A stretch of 64,000 bases of DNA from a virus: positions 3,985 through 67,984 of the IMG/VR virus record IMGVR_UViG_3300005281_000069, one strand, 5' to 3'. This document shows positions 10,910 through 22,651 of this stretch, piece after piece. How positions within the stretch are numbered: position 1 is the stretch's first letter; every line of letters starts with the position of its first letter. The position numbers and the translations under genes were made by a program. The notes beneath the pieces are model-generated. The model did not search any database. It saw only the letters and a program-made list of their open reading frames with translations, and was not told where the DNA came from.

Positions 10910-12010
10910 TTATCCTTCTTTTTTATTTAAACCTATTCCTAAAAATATATTCATATAACGATTAAAATTTCTGTTAAATGAACTAAAATTTTTACTTAAA
11001 TTTATAGTATATCCATTTTTATTTAACGAATATGTTAGTTTAACTTTAACAAATAATTTACCAACCGGAAATATCTCAATTACAAACTGATTATCATTGT
11101 TTACACAATGTATTACTTCTTTTATTTTATTATTGGAAGTATATTCTAAAATTTTACAATCAATATTACTTAACTTAAACATAGCTAAATATGATAATAT
11201 CCTATTTCTTTCATAACCAATCAACTTTCTTTTTACGGTTTTAATATCAATATCATCATTGAATTGTTCTCTAAAAGATTTAATAGCTTTGTTAATTTTT
11301 CTTTCATTAATAAATCTTTTTCTATATTTTTTAGTTACAGGTTTATTATTATAAGAAACTTTCAAACCATTTCCATTAATGGAAAAACTAAGATCTTTTT
11401 TTGATTTCATACTAATTATTATATCATCATCAAATTCAATAATTTCCATATTATATTTTTGATTAAAAAATAAATCATCTTTATTTTTTAACATAAATTT
11501 AGCGGCTCTACCACTCAAATTAAGCTCCACTATTTTATCAAAAAAATACTTATTAGCTTCAAATTGAGATTGTTGTATATGATTCAACATTTGATTAAAT
11601 TCCCCTTTATGAATAATAGTTAGATCAAGTCTTTTTATTTTAAATAAAATTAAATTAAAATTATAAAAATCATCATAATTTTTTTCGATTACTGCATTAT
11701 CTAAAACTATTTTATCACATAAATTAATTCCAACTGCTTTTCTAAATGTATACTCAGCGACGCAACTAGTAAAATTTATATATACTTTAAAATCATTATA
11801 ATTTTTGTATATTTTACTAAAATGAGAAATTAATTTTGTACCAATTGAATTTTTTCTGTAATTTTCTTTTACAAAAATATTTTTAATTTCTATTATTTTA
11901 TTTTTTTCATCTATACAAAAACTTAATTCGCCTAATTTGTTTTTATCCTCATCATCAGCTTTAATAACATGGATATTATTTTCTACACAATGAAAAAAAT
12001 ACACCATCAT
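10910..12010 (-). CDS. Protein with N-terminal GNAT-like domain
   Basis: IFVKENYRKNSIGTKL acetyl-CoA-binding-like motif; shares VAEY..RKAV with two paralogs in the window. Confidence 0.55.
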   Translation of the reverse strand: MMVYFFHCVENNIHVIKADDEDKNKLGELSFCIDEKNKIIEIKNIFVKENYRKNSIGTKLISHFSKIYKNYNDFKVYINFTSCVAEYTFRKAVGINLCDKIVLDNAVIEKNYDDFYNFNLILFKIKRLDLTIIHKGEFNQMLNHIQQSQFEANKYFFDKIVELNLSGRAAKFMLKNKDDLFFNQKYNMEIIEFDDDIIISMKSKKDLSFSINGNGLKVSYNNKPVTKKYRKRFINERKINKAIKSFREQFNDDIDIKTVKRKLIGYERNRILSYLAMFKLSNIDCKILEYTSNNKIKEVIHCVNNDNQFVIEIFPVGKLFVKVKLTYSLNKNGYTINLSKNFSSFNRNFNRYMNIFLGIGLNKKEG

Positions 12011-12101
12011 ATTTTTTTATATCATCTCCTTTAATATTATTATATTAAAAAAAAAGATTATCATTTAATGATAATCTTTTTTTAATTTAAATTTTTACGT
12101 T

Positions 12102-12557
12102 TTATTTCCAAACTTCTGGACCCTTAACATTATCGGGTAATTTATTTCTCAAATCTTTTATTTTTTGTTCTTGATTTTCATAATATCTTTCTATATTTTC
12201 TTCTTTTAATGTTGATTCTGGAAAATAACCTAAACTTACAGCTTTTTTATATAAATATTCAGCTACTGGATTTACAAATTTTCTTAAAATTTCTCATCCA
12301 TTATATCTTTCACTATAGATTTCTCCAAATTTTTTATATAACTCTAAACCTATTCCATTTTTTTCATATTGTTTGTATACTTCAACCATAGTTATATTTA
12401 TAAAACATTCATCTTCATAATAAATTTCCTCATATGCCATATATCCAACTTGATCTCCATTATTTAATTTAACATCAATACTTTGTTGAACAAAAGTTTA
12501 ATCATCAACTCTTTGCTTATCAGAAAATTCATATTGTAAATTTCTTATATCTATCAT
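12102..12557 (-). pseudogene. GNAT-like paralog with two in-frame stops
   Basis: RBS AGGAG plus ATG at 12557; frame reads MIDIRNL..VEVYKQYEKNGIGLELY..FVNPVAEYLYKKAVSL; TAA at 12498-12500 and TGA at 12294-12296. Confidence 0.7.
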
Positions 12558-12873
12558 TTTAGTCTCCTTGTTCTAATTACTTTTGTTACTTAACTTTCTA
12601 TTATTTATATAAAATAAAAAAGAGGTAATAGCTATTACCTCTTTAACACTTTTATTTAAAGTATATTACGCATGCCCTTTGCATTCTATTCCCCAAAATT
12701 CACAATTACATCCCCATGGATCATAAATAGTTACTAATTCAGCCAAACATATAGCACATAATAATACTTGTGTTGTAAATCAAATATCAGTTTCCATTTC
12801 AGCTGCGGGCATCCACATATGACTTTCTTTTTTTGCATCTTTCAGTAATATTCATTTTAAACGCTCCATATAA

Positions 12874-14631
12874 TTAAATATCTTCCCAAGAACCTTCTAT
12901 TTCTTCAGCTTCATTGTTTTTAAACTTACCGTTTTTGATAAGCCCAGCCTCTTCAAGCGCTAATTTTTCAAAATCCTCATCACTCATTTCACTGGAAAAT
13001 TCATCTTGTTCTTGTACAAAATCTGGTTCTAAACCATCTTTAAGAATTTTAATTAAATATTCTTGAACTTTTGGACATTTTTTAAGTTCTGAAGCGACAT
13101 CATCTTTCTTTTTAGCTTCAAATATTTCTCCATCAACTTCAAGTCTATAAGTTCTACCAGTAGCTGACAAGTTTCCTTGAGCATCATATTTAGGAATCAA
13201 CCCTTTAAGAAGAGCAACAGCTGCTAACTCATCTGTTTTATCTGTTTCGCGTCCATCGTAATAAATTGGGAATTCTCCTTTTCTAAAAGGAGGTGCTACC
13301 TTATTTTTCTTAACATTTACTCTAACAGTATGTCCAATTACAACATCTTCTCCACCTTGTTTAACGGAGATATTTGAACCACCAACTTTTGAAATTTGAA
13401 CACGAACCGAACAATAGAATTTAAGAGCTTTCACCTAGTTAATGTCTTAAGCATTTAACTTAAGCTCTCTCCTCATTTCTAAGGAGTGTCGGACTATATC
13501 TTTCACTCAACTATCAGTTGAGCAGTGCCCCGCGCTCGTGGAGGATTTTATTGCCATAGTTTTGAAAACCTTAGGCTCACCTCTAGTCTCTGAACCTTCA
13601 AGGAAGTTTCCTTCCAAGCTTGGCTGCTGATCACCATTTTAAAGGCTTCCAGCAATTCACGGAGTTTTTTTAGCCAGGAGGCAAAGCTTATTTATATATT
13701 CTAAGCATTCTCGATAATTATTTACTAAATCATTTTCCCAAAGATAAATAACTTTATATCCCATATTTTCTAAAATAGATTGTGCTACAGCTTTACTTTT
13801 GCTAATATTCAAATTTTTTGCTATTTCATCATAACTCATTTTATCATAATTATCAATTATATATTTTGCTTGTGTATCTGAAAGTTGCTTATAACGAATT
13901 TTAATCACCTCAGATAACAAGTAAAACTAGAATGCTTTTTATAACTATTAAACTGCTTGTTTACCACCTGGAGTAGTTGTTGGATCTCCATACATTACGC
14001 CAATAGCATCACGAATTTGGTTAATCATAATAACAGTACATTTTTTCTCATTAGCTTTACCAGTAATACGTCTTAAAAATTGAGACATATATCTAGCTAC
14101 TAAACCAACAGACTGTTTACCAACTTCTCCTTCAAGTTCTTCTTTAGGAACCAAAGCTGCTACTGAGTCTAAAACAATAATATCAACCGCACCAGAATCA
14201 ATAAGAGCATCAATAATAGTAAATGCTTCTTGCATATGTTCTGGTTGCGAAACAATAAGTTCATCAGTATTTACTCCAAGTTTTGCAGCGAAAGTAGGAT
14301 CAAATGCATGTTCGGCATCAATTAAAGCTGCCAACCCACCCTCTTTTTGAACTTCAGCTATAGCTTTAGAAGCGCATAGAGTTTTACCTGAAGATTCTGC
14401 GCCAAAGAATTCAATAATACGACCCTTAGGTAACCCTCCTCCTAAAGCTATATCAAACATTAGGGAACCAGTCGATGTTCTTTCAATAGTATCTAAAGGA
14501 GCTTCTCCTAGAATTTGAACTATACCTTCTTTTTTAGTTGTTTTTTCAAGTTGTTTAATTGCCGTTTGGACTGCCTTTAACTTATTCTTTTTAATTGCGT
14601 CTAGTGGCGTTTCCTTTTTATTTTTTACCAT
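12874..14631 (-). CDS. recA: RecA recombinase in two exons (14631-13963 and 13431-12874; 408 aa spliced)
   Basis: GAESSGKT Walker A, DAEHA, LDSVAAL and INQIR; splicing restores TTPGG|KALKFY. Confidence 0.95.
13432..13962 (-). ncRNA. Group I intron (531 nt) in recA
   Basis: P GAAUUGCUGGAA, Q AUCAGCAG, R GUUCAGAGACUA, S AAGAUAUAGUCC. IGS AGCUUU-GCCUCCUGG pairs the 5' exon CCAGGUGGU (U.G at the splice site) and the 3' exon AAAGCU. Terminal G at 13432. Confidence 0.95.
13657..13920 (-). pseudogene. Intron-encoded homing endonuclease remnant (HTH plus Vsr/DUF559-like C-terminal tail)
   Basis: Lies mostly in loop L1; SYDEIAKNLNIS HTH joined directly to GYKVIYLWEND, with no nuclease core between them. 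Confidence 0.65.
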
Positions 14632-14667
14632 TTAATTTAACCTCCGTTTGAGTTATAATACATGGAT

Positions 14668-14698
14668 ATTATATGTAAATATATACTATACATTAACA
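14668..14698 (-). promoter_or_regulatory. Putative promoter TGTTAA-N17-CATATAAT upstream of recA
   Basis: Recurrent motif with exact 17-nt spacer. Confidence 0.65.
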
Positions 14699-14726
14699 TT
14701 AAAAATAAAATAAAAAACGAAAACTC

Positions 14727-15557
14727 TTAAGAGTTTTCGTTTTTTTCTCTTATTAAACTACAATGAAAGCAATTTGAACAAAATTCTATATTTTCAAACA
14801 CTTTTGTTATTATTGATGATAAATAAGGAGATTGATTGTCATTAGTATGAAGTATAATTTTTTCAGGATGGAAAGATATTAATACTCCTAACAAAAAATC
14901 TATCTCATCACTTTCAACATAACTAAGATTTCTCAAATCATCCATATCTATATTTTCATATTTTTCGTTAACCAAATAAAAAGTATCATCATGAATAATT
15001 ACATGAAGTAATTTACATTTTGGATTTTGAAGTTTTAATATTCTTTTACTGAAATCTATTATTTCTTTATCTTCTTGTTCTTCATAAAACATATTAACAA
15101 CATAATCTATAAATCTAGATATTAAATCTTTTCTTTCTTTTAGTCTAAAAACAATAAAACCATCATAATTAAATTCAGAATTTTCATCTAATGTTTCATA
15201 TATCATATTTTCAAGTTTTTTAACATGCTGTTCATGATGTTTTTGCCCCTTATTATATAAAATCCATTCTGTTCTAGAAATTATATCATCCATTTCACTA
15301 TCAAACAATTCAAAAAACTCATTATGAACTATTTCTTTAATAAAATTAGATTCATAATGATTTATTATATGGTTTACAATTTTTTTTGATAAAAAATCAA
15401 TAACTATAGAATCATCTTTTGCTAATGTATTAATTTTTATTACTTCGTCTTCAACATCAATTGAAAATAAATTTTCATATTGACCAATATAATTATCAAT
15501 TATAGATTGGTAAAGTATTGATGTATCTTTTCCCATATATATACTTACAGTTCTCAT
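14727..15557 (-). CDS. ytxC: YtxC-like sporulation-family protein
   Basis: DGFIVFRLK, D.LLGVLISFHPEKIILH and I.KVF..IEFCSNCFHC match my recollection of the YtxC family. Confidence 0.7.
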   Translation of the reverse strand: MRTVSIYMGKDTSILYQSIIDNYIGQYENLFSIDVEDEVIKINTLAKDDSIVIDFLSKKIVNHIINHYESNFIKEIVHNEFFELFDSEMDDIISRTEWILYNKGQKHHEQHVKKLENMIYETLDENSEFNYDGFIVFRLKERKDLISRFIDYVVNMFYEEQEDKEIIDFSKRILKLQNPKCKLLHVIIHDDTFYLVNEKYENIDMDDLRNLSYVESDEIDFLLGVLISFHPEKIILHTNDNQSPYLSSIITKVFENIEFCSNCFHCSLIREKNENS

Positions 15558-15914
15558 TTACATCAATCCTCCTGAAATGTATTCAACTACATAATAAAAT
15601 TAACACAAAAAAATAAAACTATTCTTTCTCTCTATATAAGACGGCAATAAAAATCTCAAGTTCCGATGTGTAATTAAATTTTGAAGCATTATTACTATAT
15701 TCCCTTCCATTATTCATATCAATTTGTAAAATTTCAACGTTGTTTTCTTCAGCCCAAGAGTTTATAACTATATCAATTTTATCCATTTTGTGATTATTGG
15801 TTTTAAATATTTTGATTTTATTCATTTTTGTTATCCTCCTTATTTTCATAATATGCTTTTGAAATTTTATTATTTACATTTATTTTATCTTGTGATATAA
15901 TATAAATATAAGGA

Positions 15915-17300
15915 TTGGTGATAATTATGATTGAAATCATTATGAACAATGTTTCTACAAAATTAAAAAATATACCTTCTTCTTTAATTGATACTATTTC
16001 AAATGAATTATCATTTACCATTAAAGGATTTGGATTTTCTAAAACAACAAATCTATTTGATGTTCAAAATCAAATTATACCAACTGGCCTTGTACCAAGA
16101 TTGGTGAAATTATTGATAAAAAAAAATATTTTCTATAAAATTATAGATGAACGTGTAAAACACAAACCAAATGCATCTTATTCTTTAAATGATAATTATA
16201 TTGCTAGAGATTATCAACAAGAAATTATTGACAGAGCCACCTCTAGAGAAATAATTCAAGCTGCAACTGGAGCGGGTAAAACTTTTATCATGTATTCTCT
16301 TATTAGAAAATTTTCTGTAAAACCAACAATTGTTATAGCTCCTAAAGTTAGTTTAGCAGAACAAATTAAAAAAGAATTTGAATCTTTTTCTGGACAAGAA
16401 ATTGGTATATGCACTGGATTTACTAAAAACATAAAAGATATAACTATATGTACTCCTCAATCGGTACCAAAAAAACTACTTAAAGAAGCGAAAGCTATAT
16501 TTTTTGATGAGGCACACAATATTCCTTCCCATACAATCTATAACGTAGCTAATCAAGCTATAAATGCTTATTATAGAATTGGAGTATCAGCTACTCCTTG
16601 GCGCGATGGAGGAGATGATTTACTTATCGAAGCTGTTTTATCAATAAGAAAACCTCATTTAAGTATTAATGCTTCTAAGTTAATCAAAAAAGGTAAATTA
16701 ACACCTTGTAATATTTTCTTTATAAGATATAATAAAGAATTTCAATGGCAAGGAAATTATAATGAAACATATAGAATTGCCATTTCTGAAAATGAAGAAA
16801 GAAACAATATCATTGTAAAGTTAGCTAAAAAAGCATCATTTCAAAAAAATAGAACAACATTAATATTGATAAATCAAATTAAACACGGTGAAATTTTATT
16901 AAATAAACTGAGTGAAAATACTTCTTCTAAAGAATACATTGTAAATGGAGAACGATTAAAAATAAATGAAGTCGAATTTTTAAGTGGTAGAGATTCTTCA
17001 AATAGGAGAGAAGCAGTTTTTCAATCAATAAGAGATGGATTTACTAAAATACTTATAGGCTCAACTATCGCAGATGAAGGACTTGATCTTCCTCCTTTGG
17101 ATTGCTTAATTTTAGCTGGATCTGGTAAAAGTTCAACTAGAGCTTTTCAAAGAATTGGAAGAGTTTTAAGACTTTATAAAAACAAAAAAAATGCTATCAT
17201 TTTTGATTTTGCTGACGCAACAAAAACATTTAATTATCATTACAAAGTTAGAAAAGCATTATATGAAACAGAACCTTTATGGAATATTAATTATATATAA
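15915..17300 (+). CDS. SF2 DNA helicase, UvsW/Rad25-like
   Basis: RDYQ, ATGAGKT, DEAH, SATP, EGLDLP and QRIGRVLR motifs. Confidence 0.9.
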   Translation: MVIIMIEIIMNNVSTKLKNIPSSLIDTISNELSFTIKGFGFSKTTNLFDVQNQIIPTGLVPRLVKLLIKKNIFYKIIDERVKHKPNASYSLNDNYIARDYQQEIIDRATSREIIQAATGAGKTFIMYSLIRKFSVKPTIVIAPKVSLAEQIKKEFESFSGQEIGICTGFTKNIKDITICTPQSVPKKLLKEAKAIFFDEAHNIPSHTIYNVANQAINAYYRIGVSATPWRDGGDDLLIEAVLSIRKPHLSINASKLIKKGKLTPCNIFFIRYNKEFQWQGNYNETYRIAISENEERNNIIVKLAKKASFQKNRTTLILINQIKHGEILLNKLSENTSSKEYIVNGERLKINEVEFLSGRDSSNRREAVFQSIRDGFTKILIGSTIADEGLDLPPLDCLILAGSGKSSTRAFQRIGRVLRLYKNKKNAIIFDFADATKTFNYHYKVRKALYETEPLWNINYI

Positions 17301-17328
17301 AAAGGAACCAACAATTGGTTCCTTTTTA

Positions 17329-17547
17329 TTAATGTTTGAAATTTCCATTTACCATATCAATTTGAGCTTTCATAACCATCATTTTAGTTACTTGACCATT
17401 AACTTCTGATTGTTGCGCTTTAGTCATACTTTCCCACCAATTATCTTCATCACCTGAAATGTAATTTAGTTTTTTCGCGATTTCAAATCTGAGCTGCTCT
17501 AATTTATTTTGAGCGCCAGGAACCATTATTTTCTTTTTTCTTGACAT
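17329..17547 (-). CDS. Alpha/beta-type small acid-soluble spore protein (SASP)-like
   Basis: VPGAQNKLEQLRFEIAKKL...MTKAQQSEVNGQVTKMMV resembles both SASP conserved blocks. Confidence 0.75.
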   Translation of the reverse strand: MSRKKKIMVPGAQNKLEQLRFEIAKKLNYISGDEDNWWESMTKAQQSEVNGQVTKMMVMKAQIDMVNGNFKH

Positions 17548-19604
17548 ATTATCACCTCTATTATATTTTATTCCATAATAGAGGAAATTATTCTTTAATA
17601 AAGAAAACCTTAGAAAAAGCTCTAAGGATTTTTAACTTTTATTTTTTAACAAATAAACATTATATTTAAATACAAACTTTATAGCCAAATACGGTAAAAA
17701 CCATATTTTTTTATACCATTTTATATTTTTAGAATCAAATTGCAACATCAATATAAACAAATCGCGAAAAAAATCCAAATTATTCACCTACTCAAATTCC
17801 TCAATTTTATATTTTGTCTGTACTATTTGTTTTGTTATTTTTTTAGCTATAACTAACCCTTTCTCTTTATCATAAATAATTTCATGTTCATCTGAAATTG
17901 ATGATATAATATTTCCAAATATATCATAGAAAGTATTAACAAAAGCAGTACTATCACAATCTTTTTTAATATCAATTATTTTAAAGCCTTCAACAAAAAC
18001 ATCTTTTCCATCTTGAACTATATTGGCTTCTATTTCAAAAGTATCATTAAAAGCTTTTAATATTTCATTTACTTTTTTAAATGTATCATTACTCATCAAC
18101 TCACCTCTTTTTATTTATACTATGTGGAATGTTTATTATTATTAACTGTTTTTTAAGGTTTCATTAAAGATATAATATCAACACCATAAAATCCTAATAA
18201 ATGTCTTTGTATTTCCCATTTTAATAAATGAGTTCTAAAAACAAAATTACCAATTGAAAATCTACAACTTATTCCATTATATTCGTTAATTTCAGTTCTA
18301 AACGTATCAAAAAAAATAGGTTGAGGGTTATTTGCTAATTTTTCAATTACCTTTGAATTTGATATTATATTTTCAATTAAACTTGAATACGCTTTTTTTG
18401 TTAAATATACTTCATTTCCAGATATCCCTATAACATAATCTATTCCTTCTGAAAAACTATGATGATGATTTAAGAAATATCTCATTTGAGAATGTGTATC
18501 AATATCAAATATTGTTCCATTATATTCTTCTTCAATTCTTTCATGCTCAACGGGGAATAAATCAATTCTAGAACAAAAAACTTTATACATACTATCAAAT
18601 TGAACTTTATAATGACCTCTTCCAAAATCAATTTCTTGTATTACACCAATTTGATTTTTTTTAATACTATATTTATTTTTATCACCAATATATAAAACTT
18701 TATCTCCGCATTTTAAATCATATAAAGATTTTTCAGAAGTCAAATGAGTTATCCCCTTTCTGCTATTTCTTTAAGCTTTTTCTTAATTCTAGTCATTTGA
18801 GCTTTATATTTTGAATCTCCAAACATTTCTAAAAGTACTTTTGCATCATTGTATTCATCAAGGAGTTTATCAACTTCTGATTTTTTTCCGCTAATTTTCG
18901 TATAGAGATAGTCTATTTCTTTATTAGAAAGAATTCTCATGATATTTTCTCCTTTTTTCATATTATATAAAATATAATCTTTATTTTTATTTTTTTTATT
19001 AACTAAATTTTTATTATTATTTAAAACTTCTTCACAGTTTTTTTTAATTTCTAAAACATCTCTATGCAACTTTTTTTCTTCTAAAAAAACATGTATAATT
19101 TGATGCAAAATTTGTTTCTCCATTAAATATCTATAATTTGCTGTTATTTCTTGTAATGTTAAATTATAATCTCTAAACAAATCAGTACAAAATACAATTA
19201 TTAATGTAGTAATGATGTAGTCATATTGCCCATTACTAAAATGAAGCATGTTTTTTTCTTTAAGTTGAAATATAAATTGTTTAAATAAAAATACTATATC
19301 GAATTTTTTATCATTTGATATATATTTATCTATTTTAATTTTCTTAATTTCACCATCAATTTCTACTTCAACAGTATAATAATTCATAAATATCACCTCT
19401 TATATTCAACGATGTAAATTAATTATTCGATAACTACATCTATAAAATATAAAAAGTAATATAATAAATTATAAAAGATATAAAATATAGAATTTTACTT
19501 CTGTTGATAAATTTTATTTAATACATAATATTAAATAAAATTTATACATACTTCAAAAAATATTCAACATATATTCTTATATATATATCATATTACATAA
19601 ATAT

Positions 19605-20177
19605 TTAGTTTATTTTTATTGTTTTATCTTCTACAAAATTATACCATAAAATCTTTTTTTTCTTTAATTTAGCATATTGAACACAATTAAATGTTCCTCC
19701 AGTTGATCCATCCCAAACTGCTATAACTAAATCTGAATTATTTACCATCCATTCGTTTCTTAATTGTAACAAATAAGGGGATGTATATATTCCTTTATGA
19801 ACATACACGATTTTATCAGCTTGTTTATTAATTTCTTCTAACTCATTTTGAGCTTGTTTAGGCCAATTACTACCAAAATCTTTATATGGTACAGCCATAG
19901 TCAATTTCACATTATCGTTTAATTCTCTTTTTTCCAATACTAACTTAGCAGCCCATTGATCAAGTCCTTGAGCTGCTCCAGATATAAATTCTACTTCTTT
20001 TCCAAAAGAAATAATTTTATCTAAATATTTATTTAGCCAATTTTTAATATTTTCTGGCATTGGTTGTCCCCAACCGTTAAATTTATTAGGTCTATGACCA
20101 GTAAAACATACTCTAATCATATATTTCACCTCATTTTCATTATTAATGAAAGTTTTTATTTCGACAAAATTTATCAC
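19605..20177 (-). CDS. SLOG-family (YspA/DUF1273-like) protein
   Basis: VCFTGHRP, ISGAAQGLD, RNEWMV..SD..IAVWDG..GGT. Confidence 0.85.
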   Translation of the reverse strand: MINFVEIKTFINNENEVKYMIRVCFTGHRPNKFNGWGQPMPENIKNWLNKYLDKIISFGKEVEFISGAAQGLDQWAAKLVLEKRELNDNVKLTMAVPYKDFGSNWPKQAQNELEEINKQADKIVYVHKGIYTSPYLLQLRNEWMVNNSDLVIAVWDGSTGGTFNCVQYAKLKKKKILWYNFVEDKTIKIN

Positions 20178-20328
20178 TTTTTCATATTTATAAATGAGTA
20201 AAAAATATTGTTAATATAATCTTCAATTAAGTAATCACACTATTTTCTAAATTATTATGCATAACAATGATGGGATTTTTAATCCCATCATTTATCATTT
20301 ATCTAATTTTAAGTATTCTATGTTAGTT

Positions 20329-21429
20329 CTAAGGAAATGTTTTTTCATTTTCAATATAACCAATAAAAACAATGAGCACAATGATATTTAATATCCAAAC
20401 AATCCACATTGCTGTATCACTTGGATTTATACTTAAATATTCAAAATCGACAAATTGTTTTCTTTCGAATTTTTCTCCAACTAATTGTTCAACTTTTTTG
20501 ACAATCGGAACAAAATCTTCAATTTTTCCAAGATTAGTTATGTAATCTTGAACTTCTAATTTTAATATTTCAACTTCTGACCAAGAAAAAGCGTATACCC
20601 AAGATACATATCCTTCTGAATTCATCGAAAAAGAAACAACAAAATCGTTTTTATTTCCACCTTCCCAATAATCTTGTAAAGCGTATCCCCAATCTCTAGT
20701 TTTATTTTCACCTACATTAACAAATATTAAATTAACTTGTTTCCAAGATTTAGTTTTTCCTGGATTTTCTGGATCTGGTATAAAAACATTGAGATTCGTA
20801 TTAGCTTGAGCTAAAGTTTTTAATGCTTCCTCTTTATTAGGTACATATCCAATTATTCTATCAATATTGATATAGTTTTTAACTTGTAAAGGATAATCAG
20901 GAAGACCTTCATAATCATTTAAATTTATTTCTTTATGTTTATATATTGAATATGATGCTTGGACTTTATTTTTATAAGTGTGTAATGAAGCTGATGGAGT
21001 TCCCTCGGGCCAATATTGTTTTAACACAGAATCATCATTAGGCCAAGAATCATTAAATTTTTTTCCATCTGGCGATTCATATACATAAAACCATCCATTA
21101 TCAGAAGTTTTTATTTTATTTTCTGCATAGTGATGTTCCCAATATCCTGGAATACAATAAGTTGTTGACACACCTTCAGAATCTGTAGATGTAGTACATT
21201 CTTCGGGATGCCATTCATCCCATTCTTCTTTGTGATACCAATCTACGACTTCTCCGGACCAAACTTCAATATCAGTTGTTCTTATAGAATAATCAACAGC
21301 TATAACAGTAAATGTTATAGATAATGAAATTATCAATGTGATATAAGAACTAATTATTCCTTTAACTCTATATGACTCATAAAATATACAAATAATAAAA
21401 ACTAAAATTGGTGCAAATAAAAATGTCAT
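20329..21429 (-). CDS. Conserved phage membrane protein
   Basis: Two N-terminal and one C-terminal TM segments around a large soluble domain; adjacent to 21438..21974. Confidence 0.5.
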   Translation of the reverse strand: MTFLFAPILVFIICIFYESYRVKGIISSYITLIISLSITFTVIAVDYSIRTTDIEVWSGEVVDWYHKEEWDEWHPEECTTSTDSEGVSTTYCIPGYWEHHYAENKIKTSDNGWFYVYESPDGKKFNDSWPNDDSVLKQYWPEGTPSASLHTYKNKVQASYSIYKHKEINLNDYEGLPDYPLQVKNYINIDRIIGYVPNKEEALKTLAQANTNLNVFIPDPENPGKTKSWKQVNLIFVNVGENKTRDWGYALQDYWEGGNKNDFVVSFSMNSEGYVSWVYAFSWSEVEILKLEVQDYITNLGKIEDFVPIVKKVEQLVGEKFERKQFVDFEYLSINPSDTAMWIVWILNIIVLIVFIGYIENEKTFP

Positions 21430-21437
21430 TCTACCAC

Positions 21438-21974
21438 CTATTTTCCTAAAAGATTAATTTCTTCATCTTTTCTAGTATTAAAAGCTTCACTTGTTCTTTC
21501 ACTAGTAATAACAAATTTATTTGCATCCATTTTTTTCTTACCAGTAATAAAAGTCATAATAGGATGTTTAATTAAAATAGAATTATATTCTCTTACCATA
21601 TCTGCGATTTTCTTTTGATTGTTATCAAATTCTTTTCTCCCAGCAACAATTTGATTTTGTAATTTTGTATAAACTTCTGTGCTGATTTCAGGGTTATCTT
21701 CCGTTACCATTTTAAACAATAATTCTGAATCATCATAACGTCCAGAAATTAGCCCCATATATACATCTTTCATTTGCGATGCTTGTAATTCTGTTACTTG
21801 AGCCATTTCTTTAAACGTTTTCCACATATTATCATAATTTGATTGATTTGCTATATATTGTGCATTAATTTTTTCTTCTACCATTTTCGCATCAACATGA
21901 GTACCCCAAATCGAAATTCCTCCTATAATCAACAAAACTACAATAATAAGAGCTAAAATTGAACCTTTTTTCAT
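21438..21974 (-). CDS. Single-TM helical protein (LemA-like architecture)
   Basis: N-terminal TM followed by a helical body ending VREYN. Confidence 0.4.
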   Translation of the reverse strand: MKKGSILALIIVVLLIIGGISIWGTHVDAKMVEEKINAQYIANQSNYDNMWKTFKEMAQVTELQASQMKDVYMGLISGRYDDSELLFKMVTEDNPEISTEVYTKLQNQIVAGRKEFDNNQKKIADMVREYNSILIKHPIMTFITGKKKMDANKFVITSERTSEAFNTRKDEEINLLGK

Positions 21975-22318
21975 ATTATTATCTCCTTTTTATTTATTAT
22001 CAATAGTATAAATTAAGTTTACTTTTTCGTTATTATTTTCACTAAATTCAACATTAATTTTCATATGTGATGCAATTTGCTTTCCTACTTCATTTGCTAC
22101 AATGCCTCTAACATTATCTCTAAATGTATTTGAGAAATTAAATTGTTCTTTTATTAAATTTCTAACAGTTTTTTCAATTAAATGCTCAAAATATTGAGAA
22201 CCAATTAATTTATTAATTTCGTCATTTACAGTTTCTTTAATAATACTTTGAATTTCTTCTTTAGATATTTTTAATTCATTATGAACATAATTTTTGAATT
22301 CTTTATAATTATTTCTTT

Positions 22319-22651
22319 TCATGTTTTAATTTCTCCCATATATTTTCCTCCAGATTTTTCCAACATTTTTGCTAATAATATTCTATGACAAAATTTTCCT
22401 TCTTTACAATAACAAACAAGAACAACTCTCTTTCTATTCATCAAATCTTTCCATTTTTGAGGATTTTCTTTCAAACTTTTTCTCATTAATTCTATATATT
22501 GTTTTTTATATTCTTCATCTGAAATTTTCTTATTTTTATGTCCTAACACCATATCCCAAGTTGGAGCGAAAGCTTTATCTCCTGATTTAACAGTGATATT
22601 TAATCTATCTTCATCGTATATTGATATATGAGCAGTCCATATTTCTAACAT
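22319..22651 (-). CDS. DUF488-like protein
   Basis: FAPTW..Y..Y and VVLVCYC...CHRILLA. Confidence 0.65.
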   Translation of the reverse strand: MLEIWTAHISIYDEDRLNITVKSGDKAFAPTWDMVLGHKNKKISDEEYKKQYIELMRKSLKENPQKWKDLMNRKRVVLVCYCKEGKFCHRILLAKMLEKSGGKYMGEIKT

